Source: Eubacteriales bacterium
Lineage (GTDB): Bacteria; Bacillota; Clostridia; Oscillospirales; CAG-272
Assembly: GCA_045577415.1 (NCBI GenBank)
Contig: JAZNII010000094.1
Location: 1,434-65,433, forward strand
Length of the DNA stretch: 64,000 nt
Reading direction: 5' to 3'
The notes under the pieces are model-generated. The model had not been told where the DNA came from. It did no database searches and saw nothing but the letters and a program-made list of their open reading frames with translations. Shown here piece by piece: positions 49,049-58,430 of this stretch. Position 1 is the stretch's first letter, and the number at the start of each line of letters is the position of its first letter. Both the position numbers and the translations under genes were made by a program.

Positions 49049-49077
49049 ATTATACCCCCAAAACGGGTAAAAGTCAA
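49049..49077 (-). promoter_or_regulatory. Sigma-A promoter TTGACT-17nt-TATAAT for the COG0523 locus
   Basis: Read on the minus strand: -35 at 49072-49077 and -10 at 49049-49054. Confidence 0.65.
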
Positions 49078-49093
49078 TGATTTTGCAAAAAAA

Positions 49094-49537
49094 TTACTTG
49101 GTTCCCGTAGAGCCGAAGCCGCCCGCGCCTCGAACCGTCTCGGAAAGCTCGTCCTTCAGATCAAATTCCGCAGTGTAATACGGGATAAACGACATCTGCG
49201 CTATCCTCTCACCGTTTTCTACTGTTTGAGGAATACTGCCTTGATTGTGGAGCGCAACCATAAGCTCGCCGCGGTAGTCACTGTCGATAACGCCCACCTT
49301 GTTTGCGGGTGCTAAACCGCGCTTTGCCGCCATGCCGCTACGGGCAAAAACAAGCCCTACAAGTCCCTCGGGGATGGCGAAGGCAATTCCCGTGTGGATA
49401 AGCTTGGTCTCACCGGGAGCGATAACCGTAGGCTCGTCAAGGAGCGCGTAAATATCAGCACCTGCGGAAAACTCGGTGCCGTAAGTCGGAATTATTGCCC
49501 TTTCATCAAGCTTTTTGATCTCAACTTTAGTTTTCAT
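49094..49537 (-). CDS. dut: dUTP diphosphatase
   Basis: SAGADIYA; ARSGMAAKRGL; GVIDSDYRGE; RGAGGFGSTG. ATG at 49537 with a GGAG RBS. Confidence 0.95.
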   Translation of the reverse strand: MKTKVEIKKLDERAIIPTYGTEFSAGADIYALLDEPTVIAPGETKLIHTGIAFAIPEGLVGLVFARSGMAAKRGLAPANKVGVIDSDYRGELMVALHNQGSIPQTVENGERIAQMSFIPYYTAEFDLKDELSETVRGAGGFGSTGTK

Positions 49538-49719
49538 AATTTTTTCTCCAAAGTAATTCAATATGATAATATTATTGTATCAAAAAATAATTAAGAAATG
49601 GTTAACATTAGTGATTAAATCCAATAATTACGCATATAATTTTAACGCAAATGACATTATAAAATTTGCGCCAAATTAACGAAAAAACGCCCCCGAAACG
49701 GCAATTTCCGCAAATGGGG

Positions 49720-49748
49720 TTGACAAAAAAGGTTTTTTGGTGTAAAAT
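49720..49748 (+). promoter_or_regulatory. Sigma-A promoter TTGACA-17nt-TAAAAT
   Basis: TTGACA at 49720-49725 and TAAAAT at 49743-49748, upstream of the LRR gene. Confidence 0.55.
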
Positions 49749-49800
49749 AGGTTTATATTTACTACGACAAGCATGCAATTTGCGGAAAGGAGTCACACCG

Positions 49801-50454
49801 ATGAAGGTTTCTCGCGGTCTTGAATATGCGGTTATGAAGAACGGCGTGGCCATTCTGCGCGGTATCGGCAACTGCCTTGATGAGCATATAGTAATTCCCT
49901 CTGATGTTCAAGGTTATCCCGTAGTAGGAATTGCAGAAAAGGCTTTTTCGAGATCGGCTTTGATCAAGAGCGTTACTATTCCCGCATCGGTCAAGTTTAT
50001 TGGAGATCAGGCGTTTGCTTGGTGCCGCGAGTTGACCGAGATCAAGCTGACAAGCACTGCCGAGATCGGTGAAAGAGCCTTTATGGGATGTGACAAGCTT
50101 TCATCTGTTGACCTTGGCAACTCCCTTGAATTGATCGGCGCAAAGGCCTTTGCTTACTGCCCGAGTCTTAATTCAGTGAAGATTCCCGAAACCGTGAGCC
50201 GTCTTGGCTCTGCGAGCTTTGAGGGATGCAGAAATCTTTCCGGCGTTTCTCTTTCGAACGGTATTAAGATCATTGAAAATAACACCTTTTACGCTTGCGA
50301 AAAGCTCTTTGACATCACACTTCCTAAACAACTTGAATATATCGACGAATTCGCATTTGCGTACTGCTCGTCTCTTGTTTATGCGGACATTCCCTCAAAG
50401 ACAGTTATCAACAACGACGCTTTCTTTGAGTGCGGTAATCGTAAGGCTTCCTAA
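49801..50454 (+). CDS. BspA-type leucine-rich-repeat protein (no signal peptide)
   Basis: AAAGGAG RBS. Repeating ...I.IP.SV..IG..AF..C..L..I.L units occur about 8 times. Confidence 0.8.
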   Translation: MKVSRGLEYAVMKNGVAILRGIGNCLDEHIVIPSDVQGYPVVGIAEKAFSRSALIKSVTIPASVKFIGDQAFAWCRELTEIKLTSTAEIGERAFMGCDKLSSVDLGNSLELIGAKAFAYCPSLNSVKIPETVSRLGSASFEGCRNLSGVSLSNGIKIIENNTFYACEKLFDITLPKQLEYIDEFAFAYCSSLVYADIPSKTVINNDAFFECGNRKAS

Positions 50455-50465
50455 TATGTAATCAA

Positions 50466-50488
50466 CCCCGACCGAATTTCGGTCGGGG
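50466..50488. terminator. Bidirectional intrinsic terminator (LRR gene / polC)
   Basis: CCCCGACCG-aattt-CGGTCGGGG followed by a T-run. Confidence 0.75.
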
Positions 50489-50509
50489 CAATCTTTTTAT
50501 AATTGGTGA

Positions 50510-53500
50510 TTAGAAAAAGCTTAATTGGTCGGTCTCGTCAAGTCCCTCAAGAACCTTGTTGTTTCTGAGGACTTCAATGACCGATTTTGTCAGCTTCGCT
50601 CTTATTTGAAGATCCTCAACCGAGAAGAAGGGTTCTTCCTCTCTCGCCGCAACAATATTTGCCGCCGCATTCTCGCCAAGTCCGCCCAATGCCGAGAAAG
50701 GCATACGGATAGCGCCGTTTTCGGGTATAAATGCAGAGGATTCGGACTTGATGATATTGACGGGCAGGAACTTGATTCCTCTCGCCATAGCCTCGTTAAT
50801 AAGCTGAAGCGTGGGAATGCTTGCCTGCTCCTTGGGAGTGACCTCTTTCTTTTCTCTCGTTCTCTGCTCAATATCTTTGATCGTTGCTTGAACCTTGCTT
50901 CTTCCGCCCATAACTATCTCGGCGTCAAATCCACCGGGGGCGACCGTGAACATCGCGCAATAGAATGCGATCGGAATATGTACCTTGTACCAGCCGAGAC
51001 GGATCGCCGACATAACGTACGCCGCCGCGTGTGCCTTGGGGAACATATACTTTATCTTCTTACAAGAGCCGATATACCAATCGGGAACGCCCGCGGCGAT
51101 CATTTCTTCTTCCCATTCGGGAGTGAGACCTTTACCCTTTCTGACTGACTCCATTATCTTAAAGGCGTGAGATTTTTCAACGCCGTAAGCGATAAGGTCG
51201 TTCATTATGTTGTCACGACATCCGATAACGTTTGAAATGTTACATATTCCCTCATTTATAAGGTCTTGGGCGTTGCCCGTCCAAACGTCGGTTCCGTGGG
51301 AAAGTCCCGAGATCTGCAAAAGGTCGGAGAAGGATTTCGGCTTTGCTTCCTCAACCATTTTGATAACGAATCTAGTACCAAACTCAGGCAGACCAAAGGT
51401 ACCGATATTACAGTTTATATCGTCGGGAGAAACGCCGAGAGATTTCGTGGATAAGAATAGCTCATAAACAGACTTATCGTTCATGGGAACGTCCATGACG
51501 CTGGTGTTACCCGAATACTTTTCAAGATACTTGTACTTGGTCGGCATATCGTGTCCAAGCTCGTCAAGCTTCAGAAGCGTATCATGAAGATATTCGAAGG
51601 TAAAATGCGTGGTCACAATGTCGGAATTGGGGTCGTCCGCAGGGTGCTGAACGGGACAGAAATCGTATATCTCGTACTCCTTGGGAACAACGACTATTCC
51701 GCCCGGGTGCTGTCCCGTTGAACGCTTGACTCCAACGCAGTTCGATACTATTCTGTTGACCTCGGCGCGGGGCAGGCTGATTCCCTTTTCCTCAAGGAAT
51801 TTCATAACGTAACCGTAGGCGGTCTTGTCGGCAAGCGTACCGATAGTTCCCGCGCGGAACACGTTTTCGGCACCGAAAAGCTCCTCGGTGTATTTATGCA
51901 CCTTGCCCTGAACCTCACCTGAGAAGTTAAGGTCAATATCGGGGGATTTATCTCCGTAGAATCCAAGGAAGGTCTCAAAAGGAATGTGGTGACCGTCGGC
52001 GTTCAGCTTGTGACCGCACTTGGGGCAGTTCTTGTCGGGAAGGTCGAAGCCGGAGCCTGCCTTGTCGGGATTGGAGAAATCGTTATACTGACAGCTGGGA
52101 CACCAATAGTGAGGCGGCAGAGGGTTAACTTCGGAGATACCCGCCATAGAAGCTACGAATGAAGATCCGACAGAGCCTCGTGAACCTACAAGATATCCGT
52201 TCTGCTCACTGTACCAAACGAGCTTCTGCGCAATCATATAAAGCACCGCGAAGCCGTTTTTGATGATAGAGGTCAGCTCCTTGTCGAGCCTCTGCTCAAC
52301 TATCTCGGGGAGCGGATCGCCGTACATGGATTTTGCTCTCTCGTAGCAGATCCTTGTCAGATCCTCCTCTGCGCCCTCCATGTCGGGAGTAAAGGTGCCC
52401 TTGGGAAAAGGACGGATATCGCTTTCGATCATATCATTGATCATATTGGTGTTAGTAACGACTACCTCGTAAGCCTTTTTCTCGCCGAGATAAGAGAATT
52501 CCTCAAGCATCTCCTCGGTAGTACGGTAATAAAGATGTGACTCTGAGTCGTAATCCTTAAACTTCTGACCTGCAAGCAATATTTTGCGGTAAAGCTCGTC
52601 CTCATTGTTGAGAAAATGCGCGTCACAGGTGGCAACGACGGGTTTGTTGTATCTCTCGCCAAGCTCGACTATTCTTCGATTGAGATTGCGAAGGTCCTCG
52701 TCGTCCTTTGCCCTTTCCTCTCTTATAAGGAATTGGTTGTTGGAAATAGGCTGAATTTCAAGGTAATCGTAGAAGTTGACTATCTCCTCGATCTCTGCCT
52801 CAGGGCGGTTTTCAAGGATAGCCGTAAAGAGTTCGCCCGCTTCGCAGGCAGAGCCGATTATAAGACCCTCTCTGTGCTTTTCAAGCTCGGTCTTAGGAAT
52901 TCTCGGGTGTCTCTTGTAATACTTCAAGAAACCGAAGGAAATAAGCTTGTAGAGGTTCTTCAAACCTATCTTGTTCTTAACAAGAATTATCTGATGATAG
53001 GGCTTGAGATTGAGCGGATTGGAGTTTGCGCTCATATCGCGCTTGAGCTGTTCAAAGCTCTTAATATCCTGCTCTCTCATCGACGCTATCATCTTGACGT
53101 AAATTGCCGCAAGCATAGCCGCATCGTCGCAGGCTCTGTGGTGGTTGAAATCGCCAAGCTGATAATATTCCGCAAGAGTGTCAAGCTTATGCTTTTTCAA
53201 ATCAGGGTTTATGTATCTTGAAAGCGCAACCGTGTCAAGATACGGATTTCTGAATTCCAGACCGCATTCTTCGGCGGCGTAACGGATAAATCCCATATCA
53301 AAGCTTGCGTTGTGAGCAACGAGAAGCTTTTTCTTATCGGTGTCTCTATCGCCGATAAAGTTGAAAAACGCTTCAAGCGCGTCTCTTATTTTAGGCGCGT
53401 CTGCGACCATTTCGTCGTTAATTCCGGTCAACTGAACTATATCCTCGGGGATAGGTATCTCGGGATTTACAAAGGTGTTAAATACCTCAACGACCTCGCC

Positions 53501-54937
53501 GTCCTTGACCTTTACCGCGCCAATCTCGGTGATCTTACAGTTCTTCACCGAAAGACCCGTAGTCTCGATATCGAAAACGATAGTTTCTTCGTCAAAATCC
53601 TCGTTATAATTGCCGTAAAGCGCGCCTGCGGTGTCGTTTACAAAGTATGCTTCAACGCCGTAAATGACCTTCTGTCCTATCTTTTCGGACGCAAGCATAG
53701 CATCCTGATAGCCCTGCACCGTTCCGTGGTCGGTAATAGCCACGGCAGGGTGTCCCCACGCGTTAGCCTGCTTGACCGCAACGTCGGGTGGAATAAGGGC
53801 ATCCATATGGGACATCTGGGTGTGCAGATGAAGCTCAACGCGCTTAACGGGGGCGTTGTCAACTCTTGAGAGCTTCTTTATCTTAGCGATATTGTTAAAG
53901 AAGAACTGAAAATCGGTTCCCTCTGTTCTGTCTTTTCGCATTTCCTTTTTTGCATATCCTTTAAGAGCCAGAACCGCTCCGTTTTTAACGCTTGCGGCAA
54001 TCTCCTCGGCATCTTCAAGAGTAGCGAAGCATTTTACCTCCACAGAGGAGTTTCCGTCGCTTATTGAGAAGGAAATATTCATTTTGTCGCCCGAACGGCT
54101 TGGCTCTTGAGCGTAGTCAAAGACCGTACCGAGGATGACTATATTTCGTTGCGGCTTGTTAATGTCGGCGATTGACGTGGGAGTGATCGGAAAAGGCTCG
54201 CCGTAAACATATTCGGGTGACGAGATGTCAAAAGCTCCGTTTCCAATCCTGCAAATGCCGTCTTCAACCGTTGCGACTGCGTTTTCATCAAACAACGTGG
54301 TCTTTCTGGGGAGCATATTTGCCTCCTCATCGGATGGAGGTGTCGACGTCAACTTCTGAGCCATTCTCGCTTCGTACGCCTTTGCCTCAGCCGCCATACG
54401 CTTGTCAAAATCCTCTATATACTTTTCAAGAGAATTGTTGCTTGCGAGAAAAATCTCGTCGCTTGTATGGACTATATTTACCTTTACGTTAACGCCGAAT
54501 TCCGACAGGATAATTCCCTGCATTACTCCCGGAGTTCTTGCGTCGTAAAGTAATCTGACTCCGTTTTCGGTAAAAGGAATTTCTATATTTAACGTGTTGT
54601 TTTCAAGATTATAGCGATACTTATTAAAGAATCCCATAGCAACGATCCCGACCTTTTCGGTCTCCTTTAAAAGCTCGGAAACGTATCCGCTGTCAAACAG
54701 CGCCGAGGGATAATGAGGCATTATCTTGACCCAGTTAAGCTCGTACGCCTTTGCAATCTCGGACTCAAATCTATAAAGCGTTTCTTTATCAATGAGCATG
54801 GGAAAATCGGCCGACACCTGCAAAATTCTGTTTGCTTTGTCGGCCTGTATCTTTATATTCTGAGCGCGGTTAAGAATTTCTTCGCCGCGCTCATCCGCTT
54901 TATACTTTTCAAAAATCTGTAAAAATGTCTTTGCCAT
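50510..54937 (-). CDS. polC: DNA polymerase III PolC-type
   Basis: PHP domain VELHLHTQMSHMDA; DEDDh exonuclease FDIETTGL and HNASFDMGF, H..CDDA; Zn module CPSC...CPKCG; PKAHAAAY; 1475 aa. Confidence 0.98.
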   Translation of the reverse strand: MAKTFLQIFEKYKADERGEEILNRAQNIKIQADKANRILQVSADFPMLIDKETLYRFESEIAKAYELNWVKIMPHYPSALFDSGYVSELLKETEKVGIVAMGFFNKYRYNLENNTLNIEIPFTENGVRLLYDARTPGVMQGIILSEFGVNVKVNIVHTSDEIFLASNNSLEKYIEDFDKRMAAEAKAYEARMAQKLTSTPPSDEEANMLPRKTTLFDENAVATVEDGICRIGNGAFDISSPEYVYGEPFPITPTSIADINKPQRNIVILGTVFDYAQEPSRSGDKMNISFSISDGNSSVEVKCFATLEDAEEIAASVKNGAVLALKGYAKKEMRKDRTEGTDFQFFFNNIAKIKKLSRVDNAPVKRVELHLHTQMSHMDALIPPDVAVKQANAWGHPAVAITDHGTVQGYQDAMLASEKIGQKVIYGVEAYFVNDTAGALYGNYNEDFDEETIVFDIETTGLSVKNCKITEIGAVKVKDGEVVEVFNTFVNPEIPIPEDIVQLTGINDEMVADAPKIRDALEAFFNFIGDRDTDKKKLLVAHNASFDMGFIRYAAEECGLEFRNPYLDTVALSRYINPDLKKHKLDTLAEYYQLGDFNHHRACDDAAMLAAIYVKMIASMREQDIKSFEQLKRDMSANSNPLNLKPYHQIILVKNKIGLKNLYKLISFGFLKYYKRHPRIPKTELEKHREGLIIGSACEAGELFTAILENRPEAEIEEIVNFYDYLEIQPISNNQFLIREERAKDDEDLRNLNRRIVELGERYNKPVVATCDAHFLNNEDELYRKILLAGQKFKDYDSESHLYYRTTEEMLEEFSYLGEKKAYEVVVTNTNMINDMIESDIRPFPKGTFTPDMEGAEEDLTRICYERAKSMYGDPLPEIVEQRLDKELTSIIKNGFAVLYMIAQKLVWYSEQNGYLVGSRGSVGSSFVASMAGISEVNPLPPHYWCPSCQYNDFSNPDKAGSGFDLPDKNCPKCGHKLNADGHHIPFETFLGFYGDKSPDIDLNFSGEVQGKVHKYTEELFGAENVFRAGTIGTLADKTAYGYVMKFLEEKGISLPRAEVNRIVSNCVGVKRSTGQHPGGIVVVPKEYEIYDFCPVQHPADDPNSDIVTTHFTFEYLHDTLLKLDELGHDMPTKYKYLEKYSGNTSVMDVPMNDKSVYELFLSTKSLGVSPDDINCNIGTFGLPEFGTRFVIKMVEEAKPKSFSDLLQISGLSHGTDVWTGNAQDLINEGICNISNVIGCRDNIMNDLIAYGVEKSHAFKIMESVRKGKGLTPEWEEEMIAAGVPDWYIGSCKKIKYMFPKAHAAAYVMSAIRLGWYKVHIPIAFYCAMFTVAPGGFDAEIVMGGRSKVQATIKDIEQRTREKKEVTPKEQASIPTLQLINEAMARGIKFLPVNIIKSESSAFIPENGAIRMPFSALGGLGENAAANIVAAREEEPFFSVEDLQIRAKLTKSVIEVLRNNKVLEGLDETDQLSFF

Positions 54938-54939
54938 AT

Positions 54940-56034
54940 TTAAGAAAATTTTTCTTCCTTGATTTTTTTGATTTCTTTTATAAGTGTGGTGATGATCTCA
55001 TCCTCTTTGATCTTGCCGAGGGTTTGTCCATGGGAAAAAAGCAGAGCCTCGCCTCGTCCACCCGCAATTCCAAGATCGGCCTCATGAGCTTCACCGGGAC
55101 CATTGACTATACAACCCATCAAAGCCACAGTTATTGGCAGATTATCAAGCTTTTCAGCGACGATCGCATCCTCAAAACGCGCGGAGAGAGATATAAGGTC
55201 TATTTTCGTTCTTCCGCAGGTGGGACAACTGACGATGTTCATTCCGCACTGTCCTTCGATATTGAGCGCGTTAAGAAGATTTTTTGCCGCTCCAACCTCA
55301 CTTACGGGGTCTGCTGTAAGAGATACCCGCAAAGTGTCGCCAATGCCGTCGCACAAAAGCGAGCCTATGCCGATCGCGCTTTTTATAGTTCCCTTTCTTT
55401 CGTCACCTGCTTCGGTAACACCGATATGTATCGGATAGTCGCAACGCTCCGCGACTAATCTGTTAGCCGCAATCATCGTTGATACATCAGAGGATTTTAT
55501 AGAGAGCGCTGTATCGTAAAAATCGTATTTTTCAAGAATAGACGCGTGATAAAGGGCGCTTTCGCAAAGAGCCTCAGGCGTGGGAGATCCGTATTTTGCG
55601 AGAATATGCTTTTCCACAGAACCGCTGTTTACACCTATTCTGATAGGAATATTTTTTGCCTTGCAGGCATCGACAACAGCCTTGACTCTCTCTTCATCAC
55701 CTATATTTCCGGGATTTATACGAATCTTATCAACTCCGTATTCGGCAGATTTCAGAGCGGCGCGATAGTCAAAGTGGATATCCGCAACGATAGGCGTGCG
55801 GATACCCGATTCTTTAATTATTCGGATCGTTTCTGCAGCTTCCTCGTCGGGAACGGTGATGCGTACTACGTCACAGCCCGCGCTGGAGAGTCTTTTGATC
55901 TGTTCGAGCGTAGCTACAGAGTCCTTGGTATCGGTGTTGGTCATAGACTGAATGGCAATTTTATTCTCGCCGCCAATCTTTACGTTACCGACAGTTATTT
56001 CTCTTGTTTTACGTCTGATTTTATTGTAGATCAT
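54940..56034 (-). CDS. ispG: 4-hydroxy-3-methylbut-2-en-1-yl diphosphate synthase
   Basis: QSMTNT; RINPGNIG; GVNSGS; CPTCGRT; GCIVNGPGE. Confidence 0.96.
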   Translation of the reverse strand: MIYNKIRRKTREITVGNVKIGGENKIAIQSMTNTDTKDSVATLEQIKRLSSAGCDVVRITVPDEEAAETIRIIKESGIRTPIVADIHFDYRAALKSAEYGVDKIRINPGNIGDEERVKAVVDACKAKNIPIRIGVNSGSVEKHILAKYGSPTPEALCESALYHASILEKYDFYDTALSIKSSDVSTMIAANRLVAERCDYPIHIGVTEAGDERKGTIKSAIGIGSLLCDGIGDTLRVSLTADPVSEVGAAKNLLNALNIEGQCGMNIVSCPTCGRTKIDLISLSARFEDAIVAEKLDNLPITVALMGCIVNGPGEAHEADLGIAGGRGEALLFSHGQTLGKIKEDEIITTLIKEIKKIKEEKFS

Positions 56035-56046
56035 GAATTTGTCCTT

Positions 56047-57207
56047 TTAGAATAGATTGATGATGTCCTTAAACGTAACGAATAGCATCAGAGCCAGAAG
56101 AACAAGGAGTCCGACTGTATTTATCATTCCCTCGACCTCTTTTTTGACGGGCTTTCTGCGAACCATTTCAATTAAAAGAAATATTATTCTTCCGCCGTCC
56201 AAAGCAGGGAGAGGCAAAAGATTGAATACGCCAAGGTTCATCGTTATCAGTGTAAATAGGTTCAAAAGCGAGTATGGGCCGATCTTTGCGGCATCTCCCA
56301 CGGCACCTGCCATTCCAACGGGACCCGAAACAGCTTCTGCGCCGTAACGTCCGGTTAACAGGTCCTTGATGCCGTCAACTATTATTTTAACGGATGAGAC
56401 AGATCTGAAGATCGAGTGCTTAACAACAGATACAAATGATATATCTTCCTTTAAAACGTAAAAATCCCGATTGCCTATCGTGGTTCCAGCGGTTTCTTCG
56501 GTTGGAAATTCAACATTCTCCAGCAATACCCGTTCTCCGTTCCTGACAACAACAATATCAATAGGCTCGTATCCGTTATTCAGGATCTCGTAAACTACCT
56601 CTTGACCCGTATGGACGTAAACACCGTCAATTTTGACTATTTTGTCTCCAACCATAAGACCGCTTTGATCTGAGGTGGATTCCTCGAAAAATTCTCCTAC
56701 TACGTTTGACGCAAGATAGCCGTCCTGAATGCAGTCAATGCCGACTAAGGTGAACATGCAAAGTATTCCGAGCAGAATATTCATTACGGGTCCCGCAACT
56801 GTTATAAGAAATCTTTGCCAGACCTTTTTGTTGCAGAAGGCATTAGCGTCTGTTGATGCTTCGTCCTCTCCTGCCATTCTGACGTAACCTCCGACGGGAA
56901 ATGCCCTTATGCTGAATACTGTTTTTTGATTTTCGGGATCGATAGCTTTATTGTGGGAAACAACCTCTTGAGCCGCATCAACTGACTCGTCTTGTGAAGA
57001 ATGAAATGTGTTTCCTATAGAATTGCCGCCGTCGTCGGTCTTTTTCTTCTTTCTTGCGGTAGTGAAAATCGCGGGTCCCATACCGATTGAAAATTCCAGT
57101 ACGGTAACCTTGAAAAGCTTTGCGAACAAAAAATGTCCCAGCTCGTGAATAACTACCATAACGCTGAGCAAAAGCAACGTCAGCAACAAGTACCAAACAG
57201 TATCCAT
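56047..57207 (-). CDS. rseP: RIP site-2 metalloprotease RseP/RasP (M50)
   Basis: HELGHF; PDZ region; NLLPLPALDGG. Confidence 0.9.
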   Translation of the reverse strand: MDTVWYLLLTLLLLSVMVVIHELGHFLFAKLFKVTVLEFSIGMGPAIFTTARKKKKTDDGGNSIGNTFHSSQDESVDAAQEVVSHNKAIDPENQKTVFSIRAFPVGGYVRMAGEDEASTDANAFCNKKVWQRFLITVAGPVMNILLGILCMFTLVGIDCIQDGYLASNVVGEFFEESTSDQSGLMVGDKIVKIDGVYVHTGQEVVYEILNNGYEPIDIVVVRNGERVLLENVEFPTEETAGTTIGNRDFYVLKEDISFVSVVKHSIFRSVSSVKIIVDGIKDLLTGRYGAEAVSGPVGMAGAVGDAAKIGPYSLLNLFTLITMNLGVFNLLPLPALDGGRIIFLLIEMVRRKPVKKEVEGMINTVGLLVLLALMLFVTFKDIINLF

Positions 57208-57228
57208 TAATTTCTCCGTAAAAATATT

Positions 57229-58410
57229 TTATGCGCGAGCGGCAATATGTTTTTGAGCTGACTCTCTTGCCTGTCTCGCCATATAAAGTATTGTATCAAG
57301 ATCGTGAACGTCTTTGCAGGTATGCATTTCATCTACAACAATGCAGACTATCTCGCAAATATCGTAAAAACCGATCTTTTTCTGTAAAAATGCCGCAACT
57401 GCTTCCTCGTTTGCAGCATTAAGTATAGCCGGAACAGCTCCGCCCAGCTTTATAGCTTCAAATGCTTTGTTTAAAAGAATAAAGGTATCGGGATCGGGTC
57501 TTTGGAACGTCAGCTTTCCAACCGAGAAAAGATCAAGCGCTTCGGTCGTTGCCTCTCCTCTTTCGGGGTGAGTAAGCGCGTATTGAACACAATGGCGCAT
57601 ATCGGGAACAGACATCTGCGCGATAACGCTGTTGTCAATAAATTCAACCGCGGAATGTATTATGCTTTCTCTGTGAACCACAACCTTGATCTGTTCGGGA
57701 CTTACGCCGAACAAGTGGACTGCCTCGATGACCTCAAAGCCTTTGTTCATAAGGGTTGCGCTATCAACGGTTATTTTTGCTCCCATTGACCAAGTGGGAT
57801 GCGCCAGCGCAGAATCAAGAGTGGCGGTTTTTAACTGTTCTTTAGTATAACCAAAGAAAGGACCTCCCGAAGCGGTCAGTATTAAGTTTTTTACTTCGCT
57901 TTGTTTGCCCGAGCGCAAACATTGGAATATTGCGCAATGCTCGCTATCCACGGGAAGGATCTCGTGTCCGCTATCCCTTGCCGCCTGCATAACGATCTCA
58001 CCGCCTACGACGAGAGACTCCTTATTTGCAAGCGCAAGCTTTTTCTTTGCGTGAAGCGTTGCCAAAGTAGGCTTCAGACCCGCTTCACCCAGAATAGAGT
58101 TCTCAACCACCTGCTCGCAACCGTCGTCACCTTTGGTCTCTGCAATCATTTCACAGATTCCCTCGGTGCCGCAATACACCTTTATTTCGGTATCCTTGAG
58201 TCTGTCTTTCAAGTCGCGAGCCGCATCGGTGTCGCTCATGGCGCAAGCCTTGACCTTAAACTGCCTGGCCTGCTCCTCTACGCGCTTGGCGTTCTTGTGA
58301 GCGGATAGCGCATCAACTCTAACGTTAAATTTTTTCGCTACGTCGATAGCCTGCTCGCCGACCGAGCCCGTAGAGCCGAGGACGATCATTGAGGGTTTAT
58401 TATCTTTCAT
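57229..58410 (-). CDS. dxr: 1-deoxy-D-xylulose-5-phosphate reductoisomerase
   Basis: LGSTGSVG; LANKESLV; PVDSEH; ASGGPF; HPTWSMG. I prefer the ATG at 58410 (AAGGA RBS). Confidence 0.96.
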   Translation of the reverse strand: MKDNKPSMIVLGSTGSVGEQAIDVAKKFNVRVDALSAHKNAKRVEEQARQFKVKACAMSDTDAARDLKDRLKDTEIKVYCGTEGICEMIAETKGDDGCEQVVENSILGEAGLKPTLATLHAKKKLALANKESLVVGGEIVMQAARDSGHEILPVDSEHCAIFQCLRSGKQSEVKNLILTASGGPFFGYTKEQLKTATLDSALAHPTWSMGAKITVDSATLMNKGFEVIEAVHLFGVSPEQIKVVVHRESIIHSAVEFIDNSVIAQMSVPDMRHCVQYALTHPERGEATTEALDLFSVGKLTFQRPDPDTFILLNKAFEAIKLGGAVPAILNAANEEAVAAFLQKKIGFYDICEIVCIVVDEMHTCKDVHDLDTILYMARQARESAQKHIAARA

Positions 58411-58430
58411 TTTATACATCCTTGATTGAA

